From: Clostridia bacterium
GTDB taxonomy: Bacteria > Bacillota > Clostridia > Oscillospirales > CAG-272
Assembly: GCA_017503285.1 (NCBI GenBank)
Contig: JAFVTH010000018.1
Location: 42,930-106,929 of the forward strand
Length of the DNA: 64,000 nucleotides
Direction: 5' to 3'
The position numbers and the translations under genes are program-made. The notes beneath the pieces were generated by a model. That model did not search any database and was not told the origin of the DNA. It saw only the letters and a program-made list of their open reading frames with translations. Shown in pieces: positions 9,399 to 19,848 of the stretch. Position 1 is the first letter of the stretch, and each line of letters opens with the position of its first letter.

Positions 9399-11086
9399 AT
9401 CTACTTGGAAAAGCAGCCGACCCAAAATTTTGGGCAGAGCTAAAGAATAAGCCAGAATATCAGTTTATTATTGATGCAGTTTTGAAGGATTATGACGAAT
9501 GCTGCATTGGAGAGATTGAAACAACAAAGTTTTCAAAGTTCCGTCTTTTCCGTGACAAGGGAGATAGAACCACATACCAAAAGACGTTTTTCGCACGTCA
9601 GCACAGGCTTTACGTAATGGCACTTATGTGCCTACTCTATCCTGAAAACGAGGAGCATTTAGAGCTTTTACAGGACACAATTTGGGAAATTTGCGACCAG
9701 TATGTTTGGGCGCTCCCTGCTCATATCGAAAACATCGAGGAGCATAATAATTGTGAGCTTGACCTTGATGCAACCTCGATGTCCTACGGCCTTGCTATGA
9801 TTAAGGTTATGCTAAATGACAGGCTACACCCTCTTATCAAGGCAAGAATTGACTACGAAATTAACAGGCGACTGATTGAGCCATTCTTTGCAAAGCGTTG
9901 GCATTGGGAATACAGGCAAAACAACTGGACAGCGGTTTGCGCCGGCTCTGTTGGCTGTACCATTATGCTTAACCGTCCGGAGCTTTTTGAAAAGGCAAAG
10001 GACCGTCTTAACGAGGATATGGCAAGCTATATAGCCTCTTACAAGGACGATGGCGTTTGCGTTGAGGGCGCCGGCTATTGGAGCTACGGCTTTGGTTACT
10101 ATATGGAATATGCAAATATGCTAAAGATTTTTACAAATGGCGAGTGTGATTTGACCGCCGACCCTAAAATTCTTAACATTTCCACCTTCCTACAAAAGCT
10201 TTTCCTTGACAAGGATGTTATTGTAAACTATGGCGACTGCGGTGCAGGCACAGATGTTAAGGTGCCATCCGGCTTTATGTTTGGGCTTAAGGCTATTTAT
10301 GGCGACAAGCTGGAGCTACCTCCCTTTGAGCGACTTGCTACACAGTGCCACTACTTCCCGTTTCTTTTGAAAGCATTTACCTGCTACGACAAATCATTTG
10401 TAGCTAAGGATATTTCGAATAATGCCACATACTACATGGGCGACTGCGGTTGGTTTACAAAAAGGACACCAAAATACGGCTTTTCTGCCCGTGGCGGATG
10501 TAACGGTGAAAGCCACAACCACAACGACGTTGGCTCCTTTATTTTGTCTGTTGACAACGACCAACTCATTGTTGATATGGGTGGCAGACCCTACACAAGA
10601 CAATATTTCGAGCATGAAACAAGATATACTTTTCTTGAAACCTCATCAAGAGGTCACAACGTGCCGATTATCAACGGTAAATATCAAGCAAATATTCCGG
10701 AGGCGTACCCAACAACAAGCTATGAAAACGGCGTGTTCTCTGTTGACTTTAGAGTTGCTTATGACGCGCCTGAGGTAACTAAGCTTGTGCGCAATTATAA
10801 GCCTGAGGAGTCAAGAATTACCGTTACTGATATTTTCGAGGGTGTAAGCACTCTTACCGAAAGGCTTATTTCCTATGTTAAGCCAGAGATTGGTCAAGGC
10901 TTTGTAAAAATCGGAAAAGCTACCATTCTTTTCGATTCCACCCTTGCAAATGCGTCCTTTAGCGAGGATATACACGCAACTGATCTTTATGAAAACGGTG
11001 AGCTTAAAAACGGCACGACCGTTTACCTAACCGACATCACTGTAAAAGAGCCTAAGGACCTCTTTGAATTTGTAATTGAAATATAA
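9395..11086 (+). CDS. Heparinase II/III family protein, no signal peptide
   Basis: NNWTAVC, EGAGYWSYG, HNHNDVGSF, SRGHNVP; start overlaps upstream stop (ATGA). Confidence 0.8.
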   Translation: MNLLGKAADPKFWAELKNKPEYQFIIDAVLKDYDECCIGEIETTKFSKFRLFRDKGDRTTYQKTFFARQHRLYVMALMCLLYPENEEHLELLQDTIWEICDQYVWALPAHIENIEEHNNCELDLDATSMSYGLAMIKVMLNDRLHPLIKARIDYEINRRLIEPFFAKRWHWEYRQNNWTAVCAGSVGCTIMLNRPELFEKAKDRLNEDMASYIASYKDDGVCVEGAGYWSYGFGYYMEYANMLKIFTNGECDLTADPKILNISTFLQKLFLDKDVIVNYGDCGAGTDVKVPSGFMFGLKAIYGDKLELPPFERLATQCHYFPFLLKAFTCYDKSFVAKDISNNATYYMGDCGWFTKRTPKYGFSARGGCNGESHNHNDVGSFILSVDNDQLIVDMGGRPYTRQYFEHETRYTFLETSSRGHNVPIINGKYQANIPEAYPTTSYENGVFSVDFRVAYDAPEVTKLVRNYKPEESRITVTDIFEGVSTLTERLISYVKPEIGQGFVKIGKATILFDSTLANASFSEDIHATDLYENGELKNGTTVYLTDITVKEPKDLFEFVIEI

Positions 11087-11113
11087 AAAAAGGAGCCAAT
11101 CGGCTCCTTTTTA
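11085..11113. terminator. Bidirectional intrinsic terminator
   Basis: AAAAAGGAGCC-AATC-GGCTCCTTTTT between convergent genes. Confidence 0.8.
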
Positions 11114-11114
11114 T

Positions 11115-12104
11115 TTACTTTACAGCTAAGCTTTTAGACACAGGGCTGGGTTTTTTAACTTGATTTTGATTTTTAGGGGGCGGAAGTGTCTTTGACTTTT
11201 CCATATGATTAACAAGGTTAATTGCTCTTGGTATAACACCAATTTCAACTGTGCTTTCCTTGAAAATTTCGCCATCACAGCAGACGGTGACAATACCCTC
11301 TACCTTAACACTCTTACACTTTTTATAAAGCAAGAACTCCTCTGTACCTGCCTTTAGCTCGCAGGCGTCTGCATCCTTTATGTGGGTGCCCTTTCTAAAG
11401 TCGCCTACAAGGCTTAAAAACGTAGCAGAGCTTATATCCTTAATGATTGTAACATCTAAAATGCCATCATCAAGCCTTGCACCGGGGGTAACCTTAAAGC
11501 CGCCGCCATACCACTTTCCGTTTCCAACAGCAATAAGAAGAAACTTGTCGTCAATTGTTTCCTCTGTGCCATCAAGGTATGTAAGTGTGACCCTTGCCTT
11601 AAGTGGCTTTTTATTTATAAGCTCTCCTAAAACCCCAAGAATGTATGCCATACCACCTGTTATAAGCGGAGATTTTTTAAGCTCCGCTGCTCTTTCAACC
11701 ACAGAGCAGTCAAAGCCCATATTTACCACATTTATGGCATAGCGATGGTTAACACGCATAACATCTGCGCAAAACTCCCTTGGCATGCTGTCAAAGGACC
11801 TGACAAAGTCATTTCCGCTACCGATAGGTACAATTTTAAGGGATGCTGTGTCGTTGCAGCCGCTTTCCATAATCGCATTTATTGCCTTGTAAACCGTGCC
11901 ATCGCCACCATAAACCGTAAAGCAGGTGTGTGGATTTTCCTTACAGGTGTCTATAATCAGCCTTGGAGTGTCCTCGGGGGACTTTGACACATAAACATGC
12001 TTTTCGTTTTTCAAATCGTTAAGCAGCCGTGTAACCATGCCCTTGCCGGCATTGGGATTTATAATATGAACTATTTGCTTTTCCGCAGTGCCGTTATTGC
12101 TCAT
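11115..12104 (-). CDS. YegS/BmrU diacylglycerol kinase family lipid kinase
   Basis: NPNAGKG, GGDGT, PIGSGNDF, YGGG, DGE. Confidence 0.9.
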   Translation of the reverse strand: MSNNGTAEKQIVHIINPNAGKGMVTRLLNDLKNEKHVYVSKSPEDTPRLIIDTCKENPHTCFTVYGGDGTVYKAINAIMESGCNDTASLKIVPIGSGNDFVRSFDSMPREFCADVMRVNHRYAINVVNMGFDCSVVERAAELKKSPLITGGMAYILGVLGELINKKPLKARVTLTYLDGTEETIDDKFLLIAVGNGKWYGGGFKVTPGARLDDGILDVTIIKDISSATFLSLVGDFRKGTHIKDADACELKAGTEEFLLYKKCKSVKVEGIVTVCCDGEIFKESTVEIGVIPRAINLVNHMEKSKTLPPPKNQNQVKKPSPVSKSLAVK

Positions 12105-12117
12105 TTTTTTATCTCCT

Positions 12118-12762
12118 TTATTTTGTTACCAGCCATTCAATAAGGTCGGTTTCCTCAAATGCCCTGTCCCAGCAGTTGTGAGAAAGGTCATCATAAATTG
12201 TAAATTCAACATTCTTGCCCTGCGCCTTGGCAGAATTTACCATAGCCTCAGACTGTGAAAGCGGAACAACATCATCAAGTCTGCCATGGAAAACACGGAT
12301 TGGCATACCAAGTGCCCATGCGCGCCAGTTCATACCGCCACCGCAAAGTGGAGCAATTTTTGAAAACATCTCCGGATAAGTAAGCGCCATTTCCCAAGTG
12401 CCAAAGCCACCCATAGAAATGCCACAAAGGCTTATATTTGCTTTGTCTACCTGATTACTATTCGCAATGTCCTCAATAAGAGCCTTTAGCTCCCTTTTAT
12501 AGTCAATCCAAGTGGTGTTATGTGGGCACTGAGGGGAAAGAGTATATGCTCTTATACCCTTATGCTCTTGATTTTTTGTAAAAAGCTTTGGTACGCAATA
12601 AATCTTTAGCTTTTCTATATCATCTCCGCGCTCTCCTGCGCCATGCAGAAAAACGATAAGAGGCAGCCTTTCATTTGGCTGAATATTGTCGGGACCGGTT
12701 AAAATATAGCCAAGCTGTGTGGCTTCAATACTTATTTTCTTGCTTTTTTCTTGCTTTATCAT
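12118..12762 (-). CDS. Alpha/beta hydrolase (predicted esterase/peptidase)
   Basis: FLHGAGERG, GISMGG nucleophile elbow, FHGRLDDVVP, HNCW. Confidence 0.85.
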   Translation of the reverse strand: MIKQEKSKKISIEATQLGYILTGPDNIQPNERLPLIVFLHGAGERGDDIEKLKIYCVPKLFTKNQEHKGIRAYTLSPQCPHNTTWIDYKRELKALIEDIANSNQVDKANISLCGISMGGFGTWEMALTYPEMFSKIAPLCGGGMNWRAWALGMPIRVFHGRLDDVVPLSQSEAMVNSAKAQGKNVEFTIYDDLSHNCWDRAFEETDLIEWLVTK

Positions 12763-12882
12763 GGCTTTTACTCCTAACTTGCTGATATCTTATTCTAAGT
12801 TTAACATAATATTACTTAGTTGTCAAACATTAGATAAAATAAAAGCCCGTGTTCTTATGCACGGGCATATTATTTTAAGAAA

Positions 12883-13458
12883 TTATTTAATGATTTTGCC
12901 GTAAACTGCGCCAAATGCTTGAGCAGCATTAGACTCATCTGTGTCAATATGCATAGCAGCGCTGAAGTTCGGATGAACTCTAACCACAACATCGCCAAAG
13001 ATTGTTGTTCTGTCTGCGCTTTCAATCTTAACCATAACAATTTGCTTATCGCTAACGCCGGCTGCCTCAGCCTCTGCCGGTGTGAAGTGGATATGTCTCT
13101 TTGCGGCAATAACACCCTCAGAAAGCTCAACCTCGCCACATGGGCCAACAAGCTTGCATGGACCGGATGCGCTAACATCTCCACTCTCTCTAACCGGTGC
13201 ATTAACACCAAGTGTTCTTGCATCTGTAAGAGAAACCTCAACCTGTGAAGCCTTTCTTTCAGGGCCGAGAACGATAACGTTCTTAATCTCGTTCTTTGGA
13301 CCAACAACAGTTACTCTTTCCTCACAAGCAAACTGACCGGGCTGGCTAAGATCCTTCTTGTGTGTTAGCTGATGACCAGCACCGAAAAGGATGTCAACAT
13401 GCTCTCTTGTTAGGTGTACATGACGTGCACTTGTTTCAACTAAAACCTTGTTACTCAT
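12883..13458 (-). CDS. pduL: Phosphate propanoyl/acetyltransferase PduL
   Basis: SARHVHL, LSQPGQFA, RHIH, MHIDTDE. Confidence 0.93.
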   Translation of the reverse strand: MSNKVLVETSARHVHLTREHVDILFGAGHQLTHKKDLSQPGQFACEERVTVVGPKNEIKNVIVLGPERKASQVEVSLTDARTLGVNAPVRESGDVSASGPCKLVGPCGEVELSEGVIAAKRHIHFTPAEAEAAGVSDKQIVMVKIESADRTTIFGDVVVRVHPNFSAAMHIDTDESNAAQAFGAVYGKIIK

Positions 13459-13564
13459 TTTTATGTATCTCCTTAAATTTTATTCCGTTAATATATTAGC
13501 ACATTTTTACTCGTTTGTAAACAATTGTATGATTTTTTTCTACAAAAAAGAACAAAATATTTGT

Positions 13565-14386
13565 ATGAGCAAAATTATTAAATATCTAACTAAAGTATAT
13601 AAGGAAGACGGGCTTAGTATTCTTGGCAGCTCAATTAGCTTTTTTGTAACTATTTCCGCAATACCATTTATAGCCCTGCTTCTTTTCCTTCTCGGCATGC
13701 TGTCCCCGGAGCTTGTTTCAGCCTTTGAGGAGCTTATAAAAAATCTCGTGCCGGAAGCACTTTTGGATGGCTTTTTTGTCATAATTGAAAAAATCAAGGA
13801 AACGGATATAAAAATATTCCTCCCTATTAGCATTATTACCGCTATATGGGCAAGCAGTAAAGGGGTTGGAGGTCTTTGCCGTGGAATAGAATCCGTTTAC
13901 GATAAAAGCGACAGATGTGGTTGGCTTGCCTGTGCTATAAAAACAGTATTTAGAGCTGTGATTTTCTTTATTGTCACCGTGCTTTCCCTTGTGGTCTTTT
14001 CCCTTGGCAAGCTTCTTTACGAAAGCATAAGCACACAAAGCACAGCCATTCGAGTTTTGCTAACTGTTCTTGTTAAGCTACGCTTTGTGGCACTATTTTT
14101 CGTGCTTGCGCTTTTCTTTACCCTGCTTTATCGCTGTCTTTACAAGGAAAAGGGCTTATTAAAGCACCTGCCCGGAGCGCTATTTTCAGCCACAGGGTGG
14201 CTTGCTTTTACCTTTTTCTATTCAAAATTTCTTGACTATGTGCTATCTCGCCCCTCAATTTATCTTGGTATGGGTACCCTTGTATTTTTTATGCTTTGGG
14301 TCTACTTTTGCACAATTATTATGCTTCTCGGTGCAGAGCTTAACAAATACTATATTTACAAAAAGCACGGTATGGAAAATATGTAA
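13565..14386 (+). CDS. YihY/virulence factor BrkB family membrane protein
   Basis: AIWASSKG, PGALF, LWVY...LLGAELN; start trimmed to MSKIIK. Confidence 0.85.
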   Translation: MSKIIKYLTKVYKEDGLSILGSSISFFVTISAIPFIALLLFLLGMLSPELVSAFEELIKNLVPEALLDGFFVIIEKIKETDIKIFLPISIITAIWASSKGVGGLCRGIESVYDKSDRCGWLACAIKTVFRAVIFFIVTVLSLVVFSLGKLLYESISTQSTAIRVLLTVLVKLRFVALFFVLALFFTLLYRCLYKEKGLLKHLPGALFSATGWLAFTFFYSKFLDYVLSRPSIYLGMGTLVFFMLWVYFCTIIMLLGAELNKYYIYKKHGMENM

Positions 14387-14420
14387 AACAAAAGGAACGG
14401 CTTGTACCGTTCCTTTTTTA

Positions 14421-15740
14421 TTAGCTTAGCTTTTTGTCAAGACGGAAAACGTCTCTGTAGCTTTCACGCTCTATTGCCACTCTTTCCTTTTCTCCCAAAA
14501 GAAGAATCTTTGGGCGATTTATTCTGTTATAGTTTGATGCCATTGAGTAGTTATATGCGCCTGTTACCAAAACGCCAACATAATCTCCACGGCAAACCTT
14601 AGGTAGATATATGCCCTCTCCTATAAGGTCGCCACTTTCACAGAGTCTGCCTGCAACCGTGCATTCATAGTCTGCCACCTGATCCATACGATTTGGGCAA
14701 ACCACGGTGTATTTTGATTGATAAAGCGCATATCTTGGGTTATCGGACATACCGCCGTCAACCGCAACATAATTCTTGTAGCCGTCAATTTCCTTAACAG
14801 AGCCAACCTGATAAATGGTCATACCGCTATCAGCAACAATGCTCCTGCCCGGCTCCATAAGAATAATAGGTCTTTCAAGATTATATTTTTCAAGCTGTGT
14901 GTTTATATGCTCAGCAATTTGCTTTATGTTTTCCTCATAATCTATATACGGGTCGCTTTCCACATATCTTACGCCAAAGCCACCGCCAAGATTTAGGTAT
15001 TTTGGGGTATATCCACAAGCAACCCTTATCTCATTTATAAACTCAAGCATAATGTCAGCAGCCTGACAAAACGGCTCAATCTCAAAAATCTGTGAGCCGA
15101 TGTGGCAATGCAAGCCGGATAGCTCAATATTCTCAAGAGAAAGAGCTGTTTTTACAATTTCCATAGCTTGTCCTGTTTCAATAGCTGTGCCAAACTTACT
15201 ATCTACGCTGCCTGTGGAAATTGCCTTGTGTGTATGGGGGTCAATGCCCGGGGTGATTCTTAGAAGAACCCTTTGCACCTTGTTATTTGCCCTTGCGATT
15301 TTGTCAATAGCATAAAGCTCATCATAGGTGTCAACCACAAAATGGCCAATGCCCTCATTTATTGCTGTTTCAATATCAAAATCTGTCTTGGAGTTGCCGT
15401 GGAAAAAGGCGTTTTCAAGGGGGAAGCCGGCTTCCTTAGCTGTATATAGCTCTCCTAAGGAAACTATATCAGTTTTAATACCCTCCTCCTTAGCAATTTG
15501 ATAAATGCCAACGAAGGAAAGTGCTTTACTTGCATACAGAGGGCAAGAGCCCTTGCCAAAATGCTTCTCCATAGCGCCAAGGTAGGTGCGCATTCTGTTT
15601 CTTATTCTGTTTTCGTCAAGAAGCATAAGTGGCGTGCCGTGCTTTTTTGCAAGCTCTACCGTGTCGTAGCCTGCAAAGAAAAGCCTTGAGCCATTTACGC
15701 TTAAATTACTATGGAGTAATTCCATTTCCTCGCAATACAT
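14421..15740 (-). CDS. lysA: Diaminopimelate decarboxylase
   Basis: YASKA PLP lysine, HCHIGSQ, NLGGGFG, EPGRS, CESGD, GAY. Confidence 0.96.
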   Translation of the reverse strand: MYCEEMELLHSNLSVNGSRLFFAGYDTVELAKKHGTPLMLLDENRIRNRMRTYLGAMEKHFGKGSCPLYASKALSFVGIYQIAKEEGIKTDIVSLGELYTAKEAGFPLENAFFHGNSKTDFDIETAINEGIGHFVVDTYDELYAIDKIARANNKVQRVLLRITPGIDPHTHKAISTGSVDSKFGTAIETGQAMEIVKTALSLENIELSGLHCHIGSQIFEIEPFCQAADIMLEFINEIRVACGYTPKYLNLGGGFGVRYVESDPYIDYEENIKQIAEHINTQLEKYNLERPIILMEPGRSIVADSGMTIYQVGSVKEIDGYKNYVAVDGGMSDNPRYALYQSKYTVVCPNRMDQVADYECTVAGRLCESGDLIGEGIYLPKVCRGDYVGVLVTGAYNYSMASNYNRINRPKILLLGEKERVAIERESYRDVFRLDKKLS

Positions 15741-15783
15741 ATTTTCTCCTTAAAGCAAGTCCCCGAAAACTCGGGGGCTTGTC

Positions 15784-16530
15784 CTATTTCTTAAACATAT
15801 CCTGCATTGTGTATAGTCCCTTTTCCTTGCCTACAAGAAAGGCTGCTGCCTTTATTGCGCCGTCTGCAAAAAGCGAACGGTCATAAGCCGTGTGGGAAAG
15901 GACAAGCTGCTGAGAATCTGTTGTAATATAAACAGAATGCTCGCCAACTATGTTAGCCATACGAAGTGCATGGATGCCGATTTCATTTTTTGTGCGCTTG
16001 CTCTCTCCGCCTCTGCCGTATACATACTCTGCCTCGGGTCTTACCTCTTTTATAGAGTCAGCCACTGTAATTGCAGTACCGGACGGTGCGTCAACCTTAC
16101 GATTGTGATGCGCCTCAACGATTTCTATATCAGCATCGGGAAATGCCCTTGCAGCCTCCTTTGCAAAATCGCAAAGCAGGGCAATACCAATGGACATATT
16201 TGATGCCAAAAATACAGGAACCCTTTGTGCCGCCTTGGCAACCATAGCCTTATCACTATCGTCAAGCGCGGTTGTTGCAATAATAACAGGTCTTTGAACC
16301 TTAATTGCATATTCCAAAACACCCTTTACAAGTGTATGGAAGGAAAAGTCGATTATAACGTCGGGTGTGCCCTCAACCTTATCAAAGCTATCGTAATGAG
16401 TATAGCTCTCATTGCCTGTGGTAACGTGGTCTACACCACAAAATAGCTCCATATCCTCTCTCTTAGAAAGCTGGTTTATAACGTGTCCACCCATTTTTCC
16501 GTTAGAGCCGTGAACCAATACTCTTATCAT
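15784..16530 (-). CDS. dapB: 4-hydroxy-tetrahydrodipicolinate reductase
   Basis: GSNGKMG, EAHHNRKVDAPSGTA. Confidence 0.96.
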   Translation of the reverse strand: MIRVLVHGSNGKMGGHVINQLSKREDMELFCGVDHVTTGNESYTHYDSFDKVEGTPDVIIDFSFHTLVKGVLEYAIKVQRPVIIATTALDDSDKAMVAKAAQRVPVFLASNMSIGIALLCDFAKEAARAFPDADIEIVEAHHNRKVDAPSGTAITVADSIKEVRPEAEYVYGRGGESKRTKNEIGIHALRMANIVGEHSVYITTDSQQLVLSHTAYDRSLFADGAIKAAAFLVGKEKGLYTMQDMFKK

Positions 16531-17417
16531 ACATCAAGCCCCTGCTCTCTCATAAGCTTAAGCATAACCTCATACTTAGCCTCGCTCATAGGTGTAAGCG
16601 GAAGCCTTAGAGTGTTTGTGCCATAGCCCATCTTTGCCATTGCAGCCTTTACAGGAATTGGGTTAACCTCAGAGAAAAGACTATCAATAACTGCGTGAAG
16701 GTCAAACTGGATTTGTCTTGCGCCCTCGATGTCGCCCTTTAGGAATTTTTCGCACATCAAAGAGGTCTTTCTTGGCAAGATGTTAGACACAACAGAGATT
16801 ACACCCTTGCCGCCAAGGGACATAATTGGCACGATTTGGTCATCATTACCGCTATACATATCAAGGCTTTCGCTAACATAAGACATAGTTTCAACAATCT
16901 TGCTGATATTACCGTTAGCTTCCTTAATTGCGATAATGTTTTCGTGCTCCATAAGCGCCTTATAGGTAGCAGGCTCAATATTAACACCTGTTCTGGACGG
17001 AACGTTGTAAAGAATTACAGGCACTGTGCTATGGTCAGCAAGCGCTGTAAACATTTTTATAAGGCCTACCTGTGTAGCCTTGTTATAGTATGGTGCAACG
17101 GTAAGAACAGCGTCAGCCCCTGCCTCGCACGCATATTTTGTGAGGGAAAGCGCATAATCTAAATCGTTACTACCTGTGCCAGCAATTACAGGAACACGCT
17201 TGTTTGCTTTTTTTACAACACGGGCAATAACCTCCCTGTGCTCCTCGTCTGTAAGAGTAGAAGCCTCACCGGTTGTGCCGCATGCAACAAGGGCGCTAAC
17301 ACCCTCAGCAATCTGCCAGTCAACAAGCCTGTCAAGAGCCTCGTAATCAACGCTACCATCCTCACGCATAGGGGTAACAAGGGCAGTTGCAACGCCTTCA
17401 AACAATGTTTTCTTCAT
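16527..17417 (-). CDS. dapA: 4-hydroxy-tetrahydrodipicolinate synthase
   Basis: GTTGE, YNVPSRTG, IKEA, NPIPVK. Confidence 0.96.
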   Translation of the reverse strand: MKKTLFEGVATALVTPMREDGSVDYEALDRLVDWQIAEGVSALVACGTTGEASTLTDEEHREVIARVVKKANKRVPVIAGTGSNDLDYALSLTKYACEAGADAVLTVAPYYNKATQVGLIKMFTALADHSTVPVILYNVPSRTGVNIEPATYKALMEHENIIAIKEANGNISKIVETMSYVSESLDMYSGNDDQIVPIMSLGGKGVISVVSNILPRKTSLMCEKFLKGDIEGARQIQFDLHAVIDSLFSEVNPIPVKAAMAKMGYGTNTLRLPLTPMSEAKYEVMLKLMREQGLDV

Positions 17418-17596
17418 AATTGTACCTCGCTGTATATAAAAGATTTTAGTTTACTAAAGTAATGTACATATTATAACAATATTTTTTGCCTGTGTCAAGA
17501 TATATACAAAACTTACGCAAAATTTTTGCGTACGTATTGACATTGACCTTTTTTGGGTGTATAATCAAAGCATATTTTTTTAAGGGGGCAATTTTT

Positions 17597-18430
17597 ATGA
17601 AAAGAATTGTTACAATTCAAGACATTTCATGCTTTGGCAAGTGTTCCATTACCGTTGCACTTCCACTTATTTCCGCAATGGGCATTGAGTGCGCAATTTT
17701 ACCGACCTCAATTCTCTCTACTCATACAGGTGGCTTTACCGGCTTTACCTTCCGCGATTTAAGTGATGACATTCCCGATATTTCAAACCATTGGCAAAGC
17801 TGCAAAATAGACTTTGATACCATATACACAGGCTATCTCGGAAACGAAAAGCAAATCAATTATACTATTGACTTTATAAAGGCGTTCAAGAAGGAAAACA
17901 CACTTGTTTTTGTTGACCCTGCCATGGCAGATAACGGTAAAATGTACGTTGGCTTTGACAAGGACTTCCCTGCCCATATGGCTAGGCTTTGCTCCGTTGC
18001 TGACATTATCGTTCCTAACATAACAGAGGCTTGCTTCCTGTTAGATGTTCCGTACACACAGGACTACGACGAGGATTACATAAAAAATATGCTTGTTGAC
18101 CTATGCAAGCTAGGTACAAAAAAGGCTGTTTTGACCGGTGTTTCCTTTGATAAACAGACACAGGGTGCTTATTTTTACGATAGCGAGAGTGGAAAATACC
18201 ACTTCTACAAGAGAGATACAATCCCTGCCTCATTCCACGGCACGGGAGATACATTTTCCTCTGTTTTTGCAGGCGCATTAACCCGTGGTTTTGATATAGA
18301 AAGAGCTATTAAAACAGCTGTTGACTTTACAGTTTTGACAATAGAAAAGACTCTTCCGGACAAGGAAAGCCACCCATATGGCACTAAGTTTGAGGAGTGT
18401 ATCCCTCAGCTTGTTGATATGATAAAATAA
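17597..18430 (+). CDS. pdxK: Pyridoxamine/pyridoxal kinase
   Basis: QDISCFGKCS, TGYLG, VDPAMAD, PNITEA, HGTGD. Confidence 0.88.
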   Translation: MKRIVTIQDISCFGKCSITVALPLISAMGIECAILPTSILSTHTGGFTGFTFRDLSDDIPDISNHWQSCKIDFDTIYTGYLGNEKQINYTIDFIKAFKKENTLVFVDPAMADNGKMYVGFDKDFPAHMARLCSVADIIVPNITEACFLLDVPYTQDYDEDYIKNMLVDLCKLGTKKAVLTGVSFDKQTQGAYFYDSESGKYHFYKRDTIPASFHGTGDTFSSVFAGALTRGFDIERAIKTAVDFTVLTIEKTLPDKESHPYGTKFEECIPQLVDMIK

Positions 18431-18511
18431 AAAATCGGCTTTTTGCCGATTTTTTCTTTTTCCTTATTGTTTTTTTACTCTCTATGTGCTAATATACCCT
18501 TGGGTGATGAA

Positions 18512-19810
18512 ATGGACGAAAAATTACTTAAAAGGAGCAGGCTCTACTACATAATTGAGGCTGCCCTTGAATATTTTATTTCTATACTTGTAGCCGGCAC
18601 CTTTTTGGCTACACTTACAAACGACTTAGGCTTTGATACAGCCACAACGGGAGTTATTTCCTCTATTATTTCCCTGGGCTGTGTTTTTCAGCTTATTGCT
18701 ATGTTTGTGTTCAGAGGCAGGGTTAAGACCCCTGTTATTATACTAAGCATATTTAACCAGCTGCTTTTTACCGTGCTTTATGTTATTCCTCTTTTGGGTG
18801 GCGATGAGGCGCTGAAGCGGACGCTGTTTGTGATTGCAATTTTTGTGGCATATCTTGTTTACAATATTGCTCACCCTGCAAAGATTGACTGGCTTATGTC
18901 CTTGGTGGACGATACAAAGCGTGGGCGCTTTACTGCAACAAAGGAAATTGTTTCCTTAATAAGTGGTACGGCATTTACATTTGCTATGGGCTTTGTTATT
19001 GACTATTTTGAAGCAAAAAATGACTTAAAGAGCGCATTTATTGTAATTGCAATTGGCATGGGTGTGCTTACACTTATGCACACGCTAACAATGGTGCTTA
19101 CCGTTGAAAAGCCGAAGGATACAGAGCAAAAGCAAGGCTTTAAGGACACTATGAGGGTGCTTTCAGACAAAAATGTTATAAAGGTAACCCTTGCCTTTAC
19201 CCTTTGGTATATTGCCAATAGCTTTACAACCCCCTTCTATGGTGCTTATCAAAGAGATGTGGACGGACTTAACTTCCCTATGTGGTTTATCTCTATTCTG
19301 GCAGCAGTTTATGCCGTGGCAAGAAGTGCATTTTCCTATGTTTGGGGCGCTTATGCAGATAAATACTCCTTTACAAATATGATTAGAATCTGCTTTGGTG
19401 TTGCAGGGGTTGGCTTTTTATTTAATGTCTTCTGCGTACCATCAAACGGTTGGGTTATTTATACCATTTATTACATATTTAACGCAATTGCAATGGCCGG
19501 TATAAACAGCGCACTTATCAACCTTTGCTTTGACTATGTTAGCGAAGAAAAAAGGCGTAGCGCATTGGCAGTTTCCCAAGCGATTGCCGGTCTTGTGGGA
19601 TTTATTACCACTATGGCGGTTAGCCCTCTTGTTAGCTATATTGAATCAAGCGGAAATGTGCTTTTTGGCATACATATGTATCCAACACAGTTAACCTCGT
19701 TGGTTAGCGCCTTGCTTACTGTTGTTTGCATTATTTATGTTAGCATTTTTATGGTAAGGAAACGTGTAAATAATACAGAAATGCAGACACAGGGTGAAGA
19801 AAATCAATAA
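18512..19810 (+). CDS. MFS transporter
   Basis: About 12 hydrophobic helices, WGAYADKY motif A-like; start trimmed to MDEKLL. Confidence 0.85.
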   Translation: MDEKLLKRSRLYYIIEAALEYFISILVAGTFLATLTNDLGFDTATTGVISSIISLGCVFQLIAMFVFRGRVKTPVIILSIFNQLLFTVLYVIPLLGGDEALKRTLFVIAIFVAYLVYNIAHPAKIDWLMSLVDDTKRGRFTATKEIVSLISGTAFTFAMGFVIDYFEAKNDLKSAFIVIAIGMGVLTLMHTLTMVLTVEKPKDTEQKQGFKDTMRVLSDKNVIKVTLAFTLWYIANSFTTPFYGAYQRDVDGLNFPMWFISILAAVYAVARSAFSYVWGAYADKYSFTNMIRICFGVAGVGFLFNVFCVPSNGWVIYTIYYIFNAIAMAGINSALINLCFDYVSEEKRRSALAVSQAIAGLVGFITTMAVSPLVSYIESSGNVLFGIHMYPTQLTSLVSALLTVVCIIYVSIFMVRKRVNNTEMQTQGEENQ

Positions 19811-19836
19811 AAAAAGACGGGCATGCCCGTCTTTTT
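19808..19836. terminator. Bidirectional terminator
   Basis: AAAAAGACGGGCATGCCCGTCTTTTT palindrome between convergent genes. Confidence 0.8.
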
Positions 19837-19848
19837 ATTTGTGTTAGC

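Noticed and set aside
17418-17596. Lysine riboswitch or T-box upstream of dapA
   Set aside because: The promoter lies about 50 bp from the start codon, leaving no room and showing no aptamer motifs
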